Source: Octopus bimaculoides
Lineage: Eukaryota
Reading direction: 5' to 3'
Length of the DNA stretch: 64,000 bases
NCBI RefSeq assembly: GCF_001194135.2
Contig: NC_068982.1
Coordinates: forward strand, 150,844,417 to 150,908,416
Shown: in pieces, positions 38,801 to 54,500 of the stretch
Layout of the letters: each line of letters begins with the position of its first letter
How positions within the stretch are numbered: the first letter of the stretch is position 1
Program-made: the position numbers and the translations under genes
Notes under the pieces: generated by a model
Database searches by the model: none
The model's input: only the letters and a program-made list of their open reading frames with translations
What the model was told of the DNA's origin: nothing

Positions 38801-41800
38801 TTGTTGGACTACCGTGATGTTTGTTAAAACAAGAGAGATTATGACTATGATAAAAGAATGAAAGCAATATTTACTAAGCAAGTGAGCACTATTATACAAA
38901 GAAATAATTGGACGTAAAATATAAAAATTCTAAGAAATGGGAATCAAATAAATATAAACTGAAGTGTTACCATCATTTTTTGTAGCGTTTGAGACAAATT
39001 TTTGGAGTTCAGTGACAGACATCCTGAGAGATTCATTCAAATTTTGACTGGTTAATAACTGAAGCAAGCCTTTAGGTTTGCCTTCATCTAAATTCTTTGA
39101 AAGACAATCTTTCAAAATAAAAAGAAAGGAATATATTAGTTTCATTTATAATTATTTTTAGGAGATTCTTTACTTGGACTAGCAAATAACCATGAATGGG
39201 TTATCTGCCAGTTTCAATTCTTGATCATGGTGTCTTTAACCTTTGAATATAGATTTGAAGNNNNNNNNNNGATGAAAATATTTAAGAGAGTGGAATCTGA
39301 GCTGACAATGCTTACTTTTCAGAAAGACAACAGCGATTAAAAAAAAAAAAACTAGAAGTAACATCAATTAATTGAGAAAACTAAGCTAGACCTGCTTTGA
39401 TAGGAGAATAGAAATAATACAAAATGAAAAAAAAAATTGATGTAAGCAGGAAACAAAATAGTAATAATAGTTTTTTCAAAATATTTGTGAGAAGGGAACA
39501 GCTGATTATATTAACTCTGGTATTTGACTAGTACTTTATTTTATCAACCACAGAAAGATGACAGAATGTTGGCCATGACAGGATTTGAACTTGGACACAA
39601 TTTGTCCTTGACGAGTCTCTCCCCCTCTCCCCCATCAACTCATCTTCCTAACTCCTCCCTCTATCTCTATTCTAATTAAACTAGAATTAATATATTACTA
39701 CAACTTTATTGAAATAAGAAAAAAGAAAAAAAAAGAGGGAGATGGCTCTATGCTTAAGAAGTTTGCTTCTCAACTACATGGGTTTGGTTTCAATTCTACA
39801 GTGCAATAATTTAGCATGAGCATTTTGCAACAATACTGAATTGACTAAAACCTTGTGAGTAATATTTGATAGATTAAATGTATAAAAGTCTGTCAGAAGG
39901 TCTGCTCATCTTCTTAATCAATCTCTTATTTTAACATTACCACCTAGCTCTTGAGTACCTTTAGCAGATTCTACTTTGTTTCAAGTATATGGATCAGGTG
40001 TCTGAGGATAATATTTCCCTTTCCTCTCATGAATTTCAGAGCTCAGTAACTGATTAAACCATAACAAAAAAAAAACTAGTGAAAAAAATGTTGGCAGTAT
40101 CTAAACTCGGAATGTTAAAGTATAAAGCTGATTAAGATTTCCTGTGACACTCCATGCATTATGGTAATTGCTACTTCAAATCGAAATGAATGGTTTACAT
40201 AAGTAAATATCAAGCAAAGTAACAGAGATTTCTTGAAGAGTTTCTTGGAATTAAATCATTTGTAAAGAAGACAAATCATCATGCTTTCTGCTACTGGGAA
40301 TTGATGATAAAAGATTAGTAATAGTTGTGAAAACAACAGTCCTCGTCAATGACCTCATTTGCATATTTCATACAAACAACACTACTAGTAGTAATCCTTT
40401 TATATATTACTCCTCCTATTTTTAAAAGAAGACAGTAAACTCAAAGGCTATAAAAATGTAGAAGACAAAAGTTTATCAAATAAAACATGGATTATTGCTT
40501 TACTTGCTTTAGGCAATCTTCTGTGAACATCAAAGAAAGAGATGTGTATGTTCACACTATTGCCATGAGTGCAAAAATAATAATAATAGCAATGATGATG
40601 ATGATGATAAAAGAATTAGAGGGAAAAGAAATTCCCTACTAATTGCTTGAAATAAATACTGTGGGTTGCTGTTATTTAGCCTGAGGTTAAGCCTATTATC
40701 ATAGCAGACATGTGATCAAATGCATTCACATCTATTTTTGACAGGTGTATCTAGGACTACATTATTCCATATGTCCTACATTTTTTAAAAGACAGTAGGG
40801 AGTTGATTTGAGGGAGATTTGGCAGCTATTTCTAGCAGAATAAGTGATTGTATAGAGGCTCCCTTAATTGCTGAAAATAGTCTATCTATTTGAGCCATTC
40901 AGCATGACTTTAGAGAAGTTCAATTAATTTAAGTTTGAAGAAATTTTTAGATTATCATATATTCTGAGACAGTAGCCTTTCTGTACAAGTCTTTGCTAGA
41001 TATTTGACAGAAGAGTAATACCTACAAAGCCAGTGAATTAGCAGAATCATTAGAGCACCAGATAGAATGCCCTGTGGTATTCCTTTAAACTTTCTGCACT
41101 CTGAGATTGAATCCCACTGAGATTCCATTCTCTCTCTGCCAAAAGTGTCTATTCTGTTACTCACTCCACTATCACTCCTGCCACTCTTCTCATTATACTT
41201 AATTATACTCTTCTCATTATACTTAATCCTTCTCATTACCTTCCTTAAAATCATAATACACCCTCTCCCTTCTATTCCCCTCCATTTATCAGAGTCTCTT
41301 CATGCCCTGTAGACTTGCAAGTTGCAAAGCAACCTCACTAGTGGTAGTGCTATGAAAAAAAAGCACTCAGTACACTCAGTAAAGCGGCTGGCATTATGGA
41401 GGGTATCCAGCTGCAGAAACCATGTCAAAATGGACGTTGATGTTGAAATGATTGCCCAGTCTGATCCAGTCTGAACCCATGATCTAGCAGTTGAGTGCAA
41501 CACCTAACCATTGAGGTATGTGCTTTTATAGGCACATGGCCAAAAATTTTAATACATGCCTAACAAACATAAAATCTAATTCATGATATAGTTCTGCACT
41601 ATTAATTTACAGTATTAATTTATTTAACGATATAAATAAAGTAAAAATTTTTTCTTCATTGAAAATCCTAGTTCAATCAGACATTCATTTCTCATGTTTG
41701 GAATGTAAGCAATGACAATTTGATGGGGGTGGGGGTGGATGAGGTAATATGCAGCAAATAATATCATTTCAAGTTAAATTTAATGTTTTTTTTTGTTTGA

Positions 41801-42695
41801 AAGACAACAATGATATAAAAGTTTTGAAAAACTTTACCTGAAAAGGAATCCAGAAAGTTTTGATCAATGATTGCTTGAACCCTCAGAGAAACAGGCCCTA
41901 AGGCTATGTCAAAAGCTGAAAGTAGTGGTTTGTTGGTCCTCGACAGAAAAATTAGACGGTTAGCAGCCAAAATAACAATAACATAGCAACGGAACCTCAG
42001 TATAGGAGATTTTTTATAGCTGAATTTGTTGTGAGGTTTGTTCTTGCTATCTTCTTCAAATTTCAACAACTGACAGCTAAAACTCTGAATTAAAAGGCGT
42101 AGATGAGTAAATGTTGTCTCACTTCTTTTGATGGATTCTTTTAAAATATAACACTGCATAATTAAATCAAGAATTTGTGTATATAATGGAGTGAGAAGAC
42201 CAGAAAGTAGACAACAGACTATTTGTAGCTGAGCATTATGTGTTGTATGCATATAGAGCAGTTCTTGAACTTTTTTGCACTTAGATTCCAGTTCTTTGTG
42301 AATGTTGCTAGAACACTTCATTTTATCAATGGCCTTTTCTGCTATTGCTTGCTTATCCTAGATAAATACAAAACAATAATGAAATCAGAATATATTTTTA
42401 AAAATTTGTATGTTTTAGTCTGAAGAGTGAAAACAGCAACCAGCTGTTTATCAAAAAGTTTCATCAAAAAGTTTTCTACAGTATATATAACAATAACCAA
42501 CATGTTTCAACTGCAGCAACTACACATTGCTCTGTATGCAATCATGCATCTTAGTCACTGCAATTTCATCAAGGGTCCATCACTTACGATGTTTTCAAAG
42601 TGAACTAATTCAAACAAGCATTGGTATTCAGTTGAATGTGATAGCGTTACTTTTTAAGTCAAATTGAATTCTGGTCTTATAATCACCTCTACTGG

Positions 42696-42732
<37 letters not shown>

Positions 42733-43527
42733 TATACATATGCATGTACATGTGTGCACGCACGCATGCACACACACACACACACGCACAAACACATCAT
42801 CATCATCACCATTGTTTTAACACCAGCTATTCCATGCTTGCATGGGTTGGCTGGAATTTGTCGAGGGAGACTTTCTATTGTTGGATATCTTTCGTGTCAC
42901 TAACCATCACTTGTTTTCAAGTAAGGTAATATTACCCCATGATGAAACATGTTTTCATGGAAGATTAGAAACAAAACACATGCAACAGTTCACTGGCTTC
43001 CCAGCTCCTGTCAAACTGTTCAACCCATGCCAGCATGGAAAATGGACATGAAATGATGATGATGATGATAATGCTTCATACTTAAATTTATTTTGTATTT
43101 CTAAAACACCCAGGCAATATGTACTATGAATCAGATGGTTAATTTTTATAAAACTTGATATATAAAAATTAGCTGTCTTATTTGTAGAGAAACCTAAATA
43201 TCTTAGAAACATTAACAAATTTAAGTGCTTGAAACAATATGTGTATATTTGTGTGCGTGTGTGTCTGTGTGTTTATGTATGTGTGTGTGTATGTGTGTGT
43301 ACAACCCAACCAGACAGACAGCGTGATTCTTACACAGAAATTCAGTTAGATAAACAAGTAGATAGACAGCCAGCAAGTTAAATAGAAAGATGGATAGATA
43401 GATAGATAATTAAACAGATGGATGGATAAAAAGACAGATAAACAGTGAGATAGATAGATAGATAGACAGACAGACAGGCAGGCAGACAGACAGACAGGCA
43501 GGCAGACAGACAGACAGACAGACAGAC

Positions 43528-43570
<43 letters not shown>

Positions 43571-45447
43571 CAGGTAGACAGATAGATACTAACAGCTGGT
43601 CATTCATCTCACAGCTACTTTTTCCACCACAAATGTGAACCATGAGGCCAATCAACCAGACAATCTTGTGAGCAGAAGCAACAGGTGATGTCATGTCTGC
43701 TGATCCACAAAGGTCAAGTTGTTATAGATGATGTCATTATACATACATGCATACATTATATACATACATACATACATACATAAATATGTATGTAATGCAT
43801 AGATAATTACACACACACATATGCGTGTGCACACACACATATGCGTGTGCACACACACATATGCGTGTGCACACACACATGCATGTACACACACACACAC
43901 ACACACACACACGCGGAGAGGGAATGAGAAAAAAGAAATGTAAATGATGAAAAATTATAACTTTGTAAAATCATGAAAAAATGAAAGCCTACTACATACC
44001 TTAATCTGATTGTTAATTACCCTAAGTTCATTTTCATATTGGCTCTGAATTTCAGTTTTCTGTTTCTGCCATGTCAGTTCTCTTTCTTTAGACAGAGTCA
44101 TCATGTGGCTTAGTTGCTCTTCGTATGACTTTTGTAAACCTGTTATACAACTCTCTTTTTGACGTAGACTATCTTCAAGATGGGACACCTTTAAAAACAA
44201 CAACAATAAAAATAACAATAATAATAATCCTTTCTACTAAAGGCACAAGGCCTGAAATTTATGGAGAGGGGACTAGTTGATTACATTGACCCCCAGTATC
44301 TTGCTGGTACTTAATTTATTGACCCCAAAAAGAAGAAAGGCAAAGTTGACCTTGGCGGAATTTGAACTCAGAATGTAGTGATGGGCAAAACACCACTAAG
44401 CATTTTGTCTGGCATGCTACTGATTCTGCCAACTCACCACCTTAATGATAATAATGATAATAATAATAATAGTAACAAGAACACTCAGAGAGCGCAAACC
44501 TCTGCCAACGAAACACCAACGTCTTCTCAATGATTAACTGGAGATGATTTTTAAAATGAGAATATCTGAAATATAAAAGACTGCTCTCACAAACGAGAAT
44601 ACTAAAAATGAACCCTATTGCTCTCAAATGGAAAAATAATCCAAATATATATATATTGAGTGAGAGGTGAAGGGAGAGGAGATGAAATACTAATACAGAG
44701 AAGGAGAAGTAGTGAGAGTAATAGTCATGACTGAGAGGGAGTGAGAGAAAGTAAGGACAATGAGAAAGGCAAAACAAGGTGGCAAAGAGAGCGTCGTATG
44801 AATGAGAAAGGAAGGGGTGATAGATAAATAATGAAGGAAGGAGTGAAAAAGCCGATAAATGGCGTTTGAAGTGTGAGTATATGTGTGTATGTGTGTGCAT
44901 GTACTAAAGAACTATGTGAAACTTTACGTATACACGTAAAGAAAATATAAAAAGTAACGAGAATCCTTGTCCGGTACCAGATTGATCCCAAAATCGAATG
45001 AAACTGTGCCAATCTCATGGCCAAACATCCCTGAAAGTTTCATCCAAATCCATCCAGCAGTTTTTGAGATATCTTGTCCATGGACAAATAAACAAACAAA
45101 CAAACATGACTGAAAACAATACCTCCATCTTCACTAAGGCGGAGAAATGGCTGAAAGAGACTGAAATAGAATGCCCAGTAGAGCTCCTACACAAAGTTTG
45201 TCTCTTAGAGACAGCAAGGATTATCAAGAGGGTTCTAAGCACTTGAAAGGCTGCTGAAGACTTGTGGATACCTAAGGTTACAGGTAGTAACTCACTATCC
45301 ACATAATTCCAACCAGGAATAAGGCTGAACCTGAGCTAAACCAAAATGATGATAATAATAATACTGAAATTTAGGTTGATGGGATTTGACTAACACTTAT
45401 TTTACCAATCCTGAAACGATGAAAGGTAAAGTTGACACCAGCAGAAA

Positions 45448-45518
<71 letters not shown>

Positions 45519-48500
45519 TTGAGAGAAAAAGTAGAAAGCTATTGACAATGTATGGAGTCCACCATCCAAAAGTTGATATTAACCGGTTGTACTTGAAAAG
45601 AAACCAGTGTGGAAGAGACTTGATGGCTGTGGAAGAGTGTGTACGGATGGAAAGAAAAGCTTATTAAGAATATCTACACAACTGCACAGAGAAATTACGA
45701 AAAGCAGTGAATAAAGGATTAGGTGATCAAGTGTAAAAGAGGGGAAAAAGACAAGAATGAAATTCAAATAGAGCATGTTAAATAAACTGAAGAGAAATCT
45801 TTACATGGTCAGTTTTGGAAAGCAACTGAGGATGTATGTGAAAATTTTTTTCTATCTGGGCTTGATTGTAAAAAGAAGCAGGGTGCTTTATCACAGAAGC
45901 CCAAGATGAGATAATTTGTGTATGGAGTGAAGGTGTCAGCAAAACGTAGAGTGGAATTTGGGATGAAACAATGACATGCATGCATGCTGAATGTCCTAAG
46001 TTGGCTCAGGGAGAATATATTGTGCTAATGATTCTGCCAGCTTGTCGCTTTACTTTAAATCAATATTAACTTAACTATATTAAACACATAGGTAGGTAGA
46101 TAGACACACACACCCACACACACAATCCTATATACACACACTGCACACACATGCATACATACAGATGCATATGGAGACACACATGCATATATAACAGGAG
46201 CATTTAAATACACAAACTCATACACATAGATACACACAAACATGCACATGCAAGGAAGCAGAGTTACATACATACACACACAAACACATGAATATGCAGG
46301 ATACATACATATATACATAAACACATACATACATCCATATACACACACATACACACAAATATATACATATACATATATATACATAAGCACACATGCATGC
46401 TGGCATGCACACACACACACAAGATCACGCATCAAAATCTCACAAAAATAAACAAAACAAAAACAAAAAAAAAATGAATGCAGCTTCAATAATGGACCAT
46501 CAATCAGTCAAACTCCATTGATATTGCTGCAAATATGGTGATGAAAAAGTTTTCTGGAATAAATAAATAAATAAATGAGTGGAACTTATATTAAGGCATT
46601 ATGACTTTCCCCAGACATGACAAAATATATTAAATACATTGAATGTGTTAGCACTAATTTACCTTTGGTTTATGGTTCGGTTAAATAGGTAACTAAAATA
46701 CTATGGCAATGTATAACAGACTTGAACCACCATACAATGTGATTTGTAATGACATAAAATTGAAGAATTTTGATGAATGATGAACAAAATGTTCAGTGAA
46801 TGAAAAAGAACAAAGCTTAGATTTATATTATGCAGATAACAAAGAATGATTAATTCAGTATATAATAGCTGCTGCCAACCTACACAGGGATAGCATTAAT
46901 GATAGTGGCAAATATAGAGTACACTTAAAAAGAGACCAAAAGAAAATGTCATTTCTCAGATCAAATTAAAGAGATAAAAAAAAGGCTTGATGATTGATAA
47001 ACACTGAAACTGATGGTGCAAAGAAAGTTTGAAGAGAGAAAGAGAATATATTCTGGTGACTGCTTGATAAGGCAGACTCAATACAGATTTTATGAAGAAA
47101 AGCAACTCTCCTGTGGAAAACTAACAAATATTGCCTTTGTGGACAAAAGATAAAAGTACCCCATTTAATCAGTGGCATACAAAATGTTATCTCAGAAGGA
47201 TTAAAAATGTGTGAAAAGTGTACCCCAGTCTTCATTGGTATCAGCACTTAATTAAAAAGCATACCAAAATAATATGGGGTTACAAAACATAAATGGCCCA
47301 CACACTAATTTTTTTTTAAGCAACGTGGATCCATCTGTTTGTTAGAAAGAGTAAAAGTAGTTTTATATTTTCTTCTTATCTAAATTAAAGTGACTCGGAC
47401 AACAATAGTATAGCATTTTGCTCTCAAATCTCACTACTGATGATGACACAAGGATTAGGTTAGACTGGGCAGAAGGTAAACATCACTTAATATTTTAATC
47501 CTTGAAGTTTATAGGGTTGTTAAGAAAGGCTTTAGTTAACTAAGTTAAAACAAAATTTACAGATGGCAAATACAGATGATGAAAGGGTTGGTTACAGTAC
47601 AGTTCCCAGTAGAATACTACACATGAATTAAATATAACAAATAAGTAAATATAACACAGGATTAAAGATAATAATAATTAAATATAACAGGCAATTATGC
47701 ATAACAAAGGATTAAATATAATATGAGACTACATGTAGCAAGAAACAAAATATAAGAAGAGACTAAATATAACAAGAAACTATAAACACACATACACAGT
47801 TCGGCTACAACTGAGATGTGTTTAACTTCACAATGCTGTGCCAAGAATCTTTGTCCCCCATTAACTTTGGTAGGTCTTCATTTACAGTGTTCTGAAGGGA
47901 TGTTAACAAGTCTTGCACATCATACAGTCGATGAACAATAAGGGCAAGATATCAGCATAGGTCAGAGAGATACATGCTCTGCTGATATCCTGATTATTTC
48001 AGCTTGATGGTGAAGCCTTGGTTTTTGATGAGGACAATGGGAAGTTTTTACGGGACAACACTACTGAAGGATACAGACCAAATCTGTGGCTGGTGCAAAG
48101 TTCCAGCCAAATTAAGGATGACATGGTGATGGAACAGTGAAACAGACAGCGCCATAAAAGCAAAGAGATAGGCTTGGAAAAATTGGAAGAATGGGGGTAG
48201 CAGAGAAATCATACCAGGAAGCTAAAAGAGAAGCTAAGTGACAGATTTATTTAGCAAAGGGAGAAGTAGAAGGGAAGCCAATGTTCTGCAGCATGAAGGC
48301 AGGAGATATGAGGTGTTCCAGAGATCAAGACAGTGTATCTGAGAAAATTGGGGAGGAACAAAGTTTGACAAATGTAGTATTAGTTTAATGCTTCAATGGA
48401 GAAAGAGAGTATCCTAAGGTTTTGAATGTTAATCCTTAATCAGAAATAAAAGCTAAAAAAAAAAAAAAAAAAAAAAGAGAAGGGAGAGCAAAAAAGACAA

Positions 48501-51500
48501 ATAGTGAGTTTATAAAAAAGAAAGAAAATAGGGAAAAAAAGAATCAGGAGGAAGGTGAAGAGTCATCAACTAGAGGGAAATTAAAGAAATTGAAAGTAAT
48601 AGGTGTGTATGAAGGGATGCTGAAAAGTTCCTGGCTTTGGGCAAAAGAAAATACAGGAGGATCAGTTAATTATGATTTTACTCAACATATTCCCCTCTCA
48701 GATTCATACACTTATCACAGTGGTCCTTCAGTTTTTCTATGCCTTGTAAAAGAACTTGGAAGTTTGGGCCTCCGACCAGGCCTTTTGTATACCCTTAAAG
48801 CCAGGAACTTTTCAACACCCCTCGTAAATGCATGTACCAAATACATCTGTATCTGGGAGCATGAATAAGGAGAAAGGGTTATCACAATAAATGCAAGGAA
48901 ATAAAAAAAAAATGGGAGGGAAGGGAAGAAAGGGACAAAGGGTAAGGAAGAGAAAACGAGGTCGTTGCCAGTGCCACTGGACTGGCTCCCGTGCAGGTGG
49001 CACATAAAAAATGCCTTTTGAGCGAGGCCATTGCCAGTACTGTGTGACTGGCCCTTGTGCCGGTGGCGTGTAAAAGCACCCACTACACTCTTGGAGTGGT
49101 TGGTGTTAGGAAGGGCATCCAGCTGTAGAAACTCTGCCAGATCATATTGGAGCCTGGTGCAGCCTTCTGGCTTGCCAGTCCTCAGTCAAATCGTCCAACC
49201 CATGCTAGCATGGAAAGCGGACGTTAAATGATGATGATGATGATGACATATTAGGTTGGCCAAAAAGTTCATTCAGTTAGTGTCAACACCAAACTTCAAG
49301 CATTGTAATATTGTGATGATATAGGTTGTATTTTGGGTGCTTAAAATTACCCTGTAAAAAGAGATCCAAAATGAACATTATTAATATCTCATGCTTCTTT
49401 ATTTCATAAAAAGCCAGAAGGTGATAGAACCCTGCAGGAAGATATGTGCTGTGTATGAAGAGAATGCTGTTATGGAATGTGTGTATCAAAAGTGGTTTTC
49501 AAGATTTCAATCAGGAAATCTTTTGGGTTCAAGATGCACCTTGCCTTGGCTGGCCAACTGAGGTCAAACATTGACACCAACTGATGTTATAGAACTAGGA
49601 TGATTGTAGATATTTCCTGAATATCTGAATTGAATGTTGAAAACTATCTGCATCAATTTGGTTATGTCAGTAGACTCAAAGTTTGTGTCCCACATCAACT
49701 GAATGAAGCTAACTTTTCCCAATGGATTTCCATCTGTGATTCATTGCATAAATGTGAAGCAAATGATCCTTTTTTGAAGAGAATGGCAACAGGGGATGAA
49801 AAATGGACTGTCTATAACAATGTGAATTGCAAACGATAATGAGGGAAATGCGGCAAACCATCACAATCTCTAAAACAAGACTTCACCTGAAGAAGGTTAT
49901 GCTTTTAATTTGGTAGGATTGGAAGGGTGCTGTCTTTTACAAGCTTCTTCCCACAGACACAACCATCAATTCAGATATGTACTGTGATCAGCTGGACAAA
50001 TTAAACACAGCAATTCACCAGAAGTGTCCAGTACTTGTTAATCACAAGGACATTGTCATTCATCATGACAATGCCAAACCATACACTTCTTTGCAGACAT
50101 GGCAGAAGTTACTGGGGTCCAGCTGGGAAATTTTACTACACCCTCCCTATTTGCCCAACCTTGTGCTTTCAGATTTCCATCTATCTCAATCTCTTAAAAA
50201 TTCATTGAATCAACAGCACTTCAACTATTAAGAGGATGTAAAATTCACCTGGAAGAGTTTTTCCCCAATAAAGACAAGGCATTCTTTGAGTAGGAAATAA
50301 TGGATCTTGCCACAAAATAGTAGAAGATACTGGAACAGAACGGTAATTATACAAAAACTTTTGTGTTGTATTTATTTAAAAAATCAAATGACTTTTTGGC
50401 CAATATTATATATACAATACATGCACACATGCATGCAGTTTCTCACAGAACTATTTAACTAATTCAATGTATACTTATTGAAAAGTTATAAACAATAACA
50501 TTGAATTTTACACTTTGTCACTTCAATCAGATTATCATTATTGTTTTAATGTTTACTTCTAACATGCTTTAAACAAGAGTATGTTAGGACGGAATTTTCA
50601 ATGATCAGATGCCTTTCCTGATGCCAACCATCATCCGAGGTAATATCTCACTGTTTATTGAACAGCGAGAGCGTGGTTACATGGGGAACTGGAAACAAAC
50701 AACACTGTATGAATGAGCCCTTTATTTACAATCATGTGGAAGTGAAGGGAAATATGAACTTGCTTTCACAAACATATCCATATATTCTCCCTCTCTCCCT
50801 ATCTCCCTCACTCTCTCTCTCTTTCTCTCCCTCTCTCTCTCCCTCCCCCCCTCTCTCTCTCTCCCTCTCTCTCACACACACACACATACAATGGGTTTCT
50901 TTCCGTTACTGTCTATAAAATCTACTAACAAAGCTTTGGTCAACCTGGGGCTATAGTTGAAGACACTTGCCCAAGGTGTCATGCAGTGGGGCTGAACTTA
51001 AAACAATATGGTTGGGAAGCAAACTTCTTACCGAGACAGACTTGCTTGCACCCCACAACCAAATGTGTCATTGTTTTCTTTCTATGCAGAAAGTTGTTTG
51101 TGAACATTTCTTAAATTGTCTTAGTGCACTGGAAATGGAACAATAATAACTGCTCTTTTTTGCTTTCTCCTCTAGCTGGAAGGTTGTAATTGATAGGATT
51201 TCAATCATGCATGAACCATAAATTGTTGTCTGTAAAAAAGTATGGCAAATGTAGAATGGCATTGTTTAATTTGACAATACAATACCTTTCAGTATTCATG
51301 GTTGACCCTGAAATATCATTTGATATTTACCCCTGTAAATAATCATAAATTCAGAAAGGAAGAGCCACAGTTATAATTTTTAGGATTGATGTACAATGAT
51401 TTATTTTATATAATACTGGCAGTTGTTCCTATTGATTTTTCCATTAAAATATAACATTGTTTCATCCAAGAACAATGGCATTTTATGAGAAATCTCAGAG

Positions 51501-54500
51501 AAAATAAACAAAAAAGACTTGTTCCATAAATTTCCACAATTCCAATCAAACTGTCTTAATCATGTCCTATAAAGCATTTGTTCTCCCTCACATTTTATAT
51601 GGATAATAACCAAGATTTCTAATGCATCTGTGATCTGATGGTTTTGAAGTACTATTTTATTTTTAGCAATTGTCTTCTTGTATTATACAATGCTTGTTCA
51701 GATATTACATTTTAAACTTCTTTTCAAATCTCTACTGAAACAGATCAATGACTTGATCTATTTCTCTCTGAAGTAAAAGTTTCCTGTTTCCACCAGTTTT
51801 ATGAGTAATAAAACATTTGCTCACCTGAAGCACATTAAATCCTTTAGTGAATAAATTATATTATCAAAAGCAATAGATTTTTGTTCAGTTGTGCACTCTA
51901 AAATTACAAAATCACCAACTAACTAAATATATAGAAAAAAACATTTAAGCCTATGAGGCAATCACATGGTCATGAGTTTGATCCTAGAGCTTGGTATTTT
52001 GGGCAAATGTTTTTACTTAAACCTTGTGATGGAAACTTGAAAACTGTGTTTATGTCTCCTTTTCTTAACATCAAGAGATAATTATAAATGTTCATCACTA
52101 TCTTATAAGCAGAGTCCCTCATTTCCAATCTTCTGTGTAAAACATGTTCAGTGATGGGGAAATATTACTTTGCTTGGAAACAGGTGAGGGTTGGTGACAG
52201 GAAGGGCATCCAGCCATGGAAAATCTATCTCAATAATTCCAATCTGACCCATGCAAGCATGGGAAAGTGGACATTGAAATGGTGATGAATCCATTTGTCT
52301 GTTTGTCTGTCTGTCCACACACACACACACACAAACACGAGGTATATATAAATGAGTATAAGTGCATATACACATATCAACGCAAATACACATAAGCAGC
52401 TGTCTGTTGGGAATAATAGATGTGAATTGGCAGAGCTGATAGAGCATTGAATAGAATGCCTTGTGGTATTTATCCTGATTTCTTGCATTCTAAGTTCAAA
52501 TCCTCTAGACGATTAGTAGATACAATACCAACAAACCCAGTGTAGAAGATTCACAGAATGGTTGGAGTAGTGGATGAGATCTTTGACTATATCATTTATG
52601 GCTCTGTGTGGTTTGAGTTGAAATCCTGTCTTCCTCACCAGATAAAAAGATATTCTTTTCACTCCCACAATCTCACAAGTATAAACCTGTTCCTCTCATC
52701 ACATTTTGGCATCTCACATACTATCACTATACTCTTACTCCTATTCACCTTGCATTCAAGGGCATCTCCTTCAGGATCTTTAATCTTGCAAGTTGCAAGG
52801 CTATCTCACCAGAGCTAGTGCCATAAGAAATAAAGTACCCAGTACACACGGTAATATAGTTGGCATTAGGAAGGGCATCCAACCATGGAAACCATGCCAA
52901 AATAGAAACATTGGAGCATGATGTGGTCCTCCAATTCATCAAATCCTTATCAAACCTTTCAACCTATGAAAGGATGGACAGTCTATTTCAAGCATATGTA
53001 CATCTCTTCCTCTCCCTCTGTGAAGACTGTTTAGTTAAGTTTGCTTTGGAACAATGTGATTAGGAGTTTAGTCCTATTGTAAAATCCCAGAGATGCTTAT
53101 ATGTGCTCTACTCACAATGTTGTGAACTCCCAGAGATGTTTATATGTGTCTTTTAACCATCCCTGTGGGATTTCATAGCTGTAGATAAGAGATGCTTGTG
53201 TGTATCTGTAGTATGGATAGTGTTAGTCTTGGTAATGATGCAGCACAAACAAGTGAGAAAAATAAAAGCAATGGAAGAATTACTAAGTCAATAAACACTA
53301 ACTGACCTGTTACTGAAATAATCACATACCGTTGGAGAATTAATCATAAACTATCTTACCTAACAACAAATGATGTTAGATGGTTAAAATTTGTTATGAA
53401 CGGCTTGGCTATATTGTTTACATTATCATATATTTAAAGTTCAGAGATGCTATGGAATAACTCAGCTAAATACAATATGCAATACAGAATATGCTCACAA
53501 AAACAGAGATTTAATGGGATTTATCTTCTTTTAAATATGTTATATAATATGTATGTACTAGACAGATAGGTATGTTGCTTAATTTATATTTGTGAACTAC
53601 AATAGACAGTTATAATGCATGAATGTGTGAGTAAATATTTATGAATAACCGAAGTGTTTTACTTACTTTATGATTTGCTTTCTGAATACTGTTGAGAACT
53701 GATGACACTTGTTCGTTAATTAATAAAGTTAAATCAAACCAAGAGAAGTCACCAATAATTCTTTCTTTTGGGTATGGAAGTGGTCGATCGGCCAGCAGTC
53801 GTTGATAAACACTGTGCAGATATGCCAAATTTTCCTTGAAAATATAGGAAAGAAAAGCTAAATATATTGGATAAAAAAAAATACCTGTTTGTCTGTCTGT
53901 CTCTTTCATGCACGCACACATTCACACACACACACATTACATGAAATCTTGCTTTTTAGTGACACATTTATGTAAGTGGTGGGACAAACAAGAAATGGAA
54001 TAGGCCCAGCTATATAAGATGGATGAAAGATAAAGTTGACCATGGTGCGAAATGAACTCAAAAACTTAAACTCTGCAGTACAATAGTAGACCATATATTA
54101 GACCAGCCCTCTGCTATCACCACATCAACACCAATGATAATAATAATAATAATGTCAATGGTAAACGTTATCTGACAACAAGTTCTCTCTCTGGTTGCAA
54201 ACACACAGATTTGTCCTTTGTACTTCTCAACATACCATATTTTCATCCTGCTGTGAGATATCTTTCCAAATTGTTGCAGGACATCCTTGAAGTTTGCTGT
54301 TCATGTTTATTTTCAGAGCCAGTCTAAGGAAATAAGACAGTGCACATGATCTTTGCATGTCTTCTCTCTCAGTCTGTAAGGGAATGACTAGGAGGAGAGA
54401 ACCAGGATTGGGAATGTGTTTAATATGGGATTTGGGAGATGAAACACTGTAAGGCTCATTAGAGGAGGAAATATGAAGGAGAGGAGAGGGTGGACCTAAG

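Noticed and set aside
8604-53150. Short tandem duplications (20 bp at 8604, 19 bp at 14463, 28 bp at 22951, ~24 bp at 41183, ~22 bp near 53086 and 53139) and an old ~60-bp repeat (31836/32129)
   Set aside because: Ordinary slippage products inside decayed repeats or AT-rich intron, with no shared motif.
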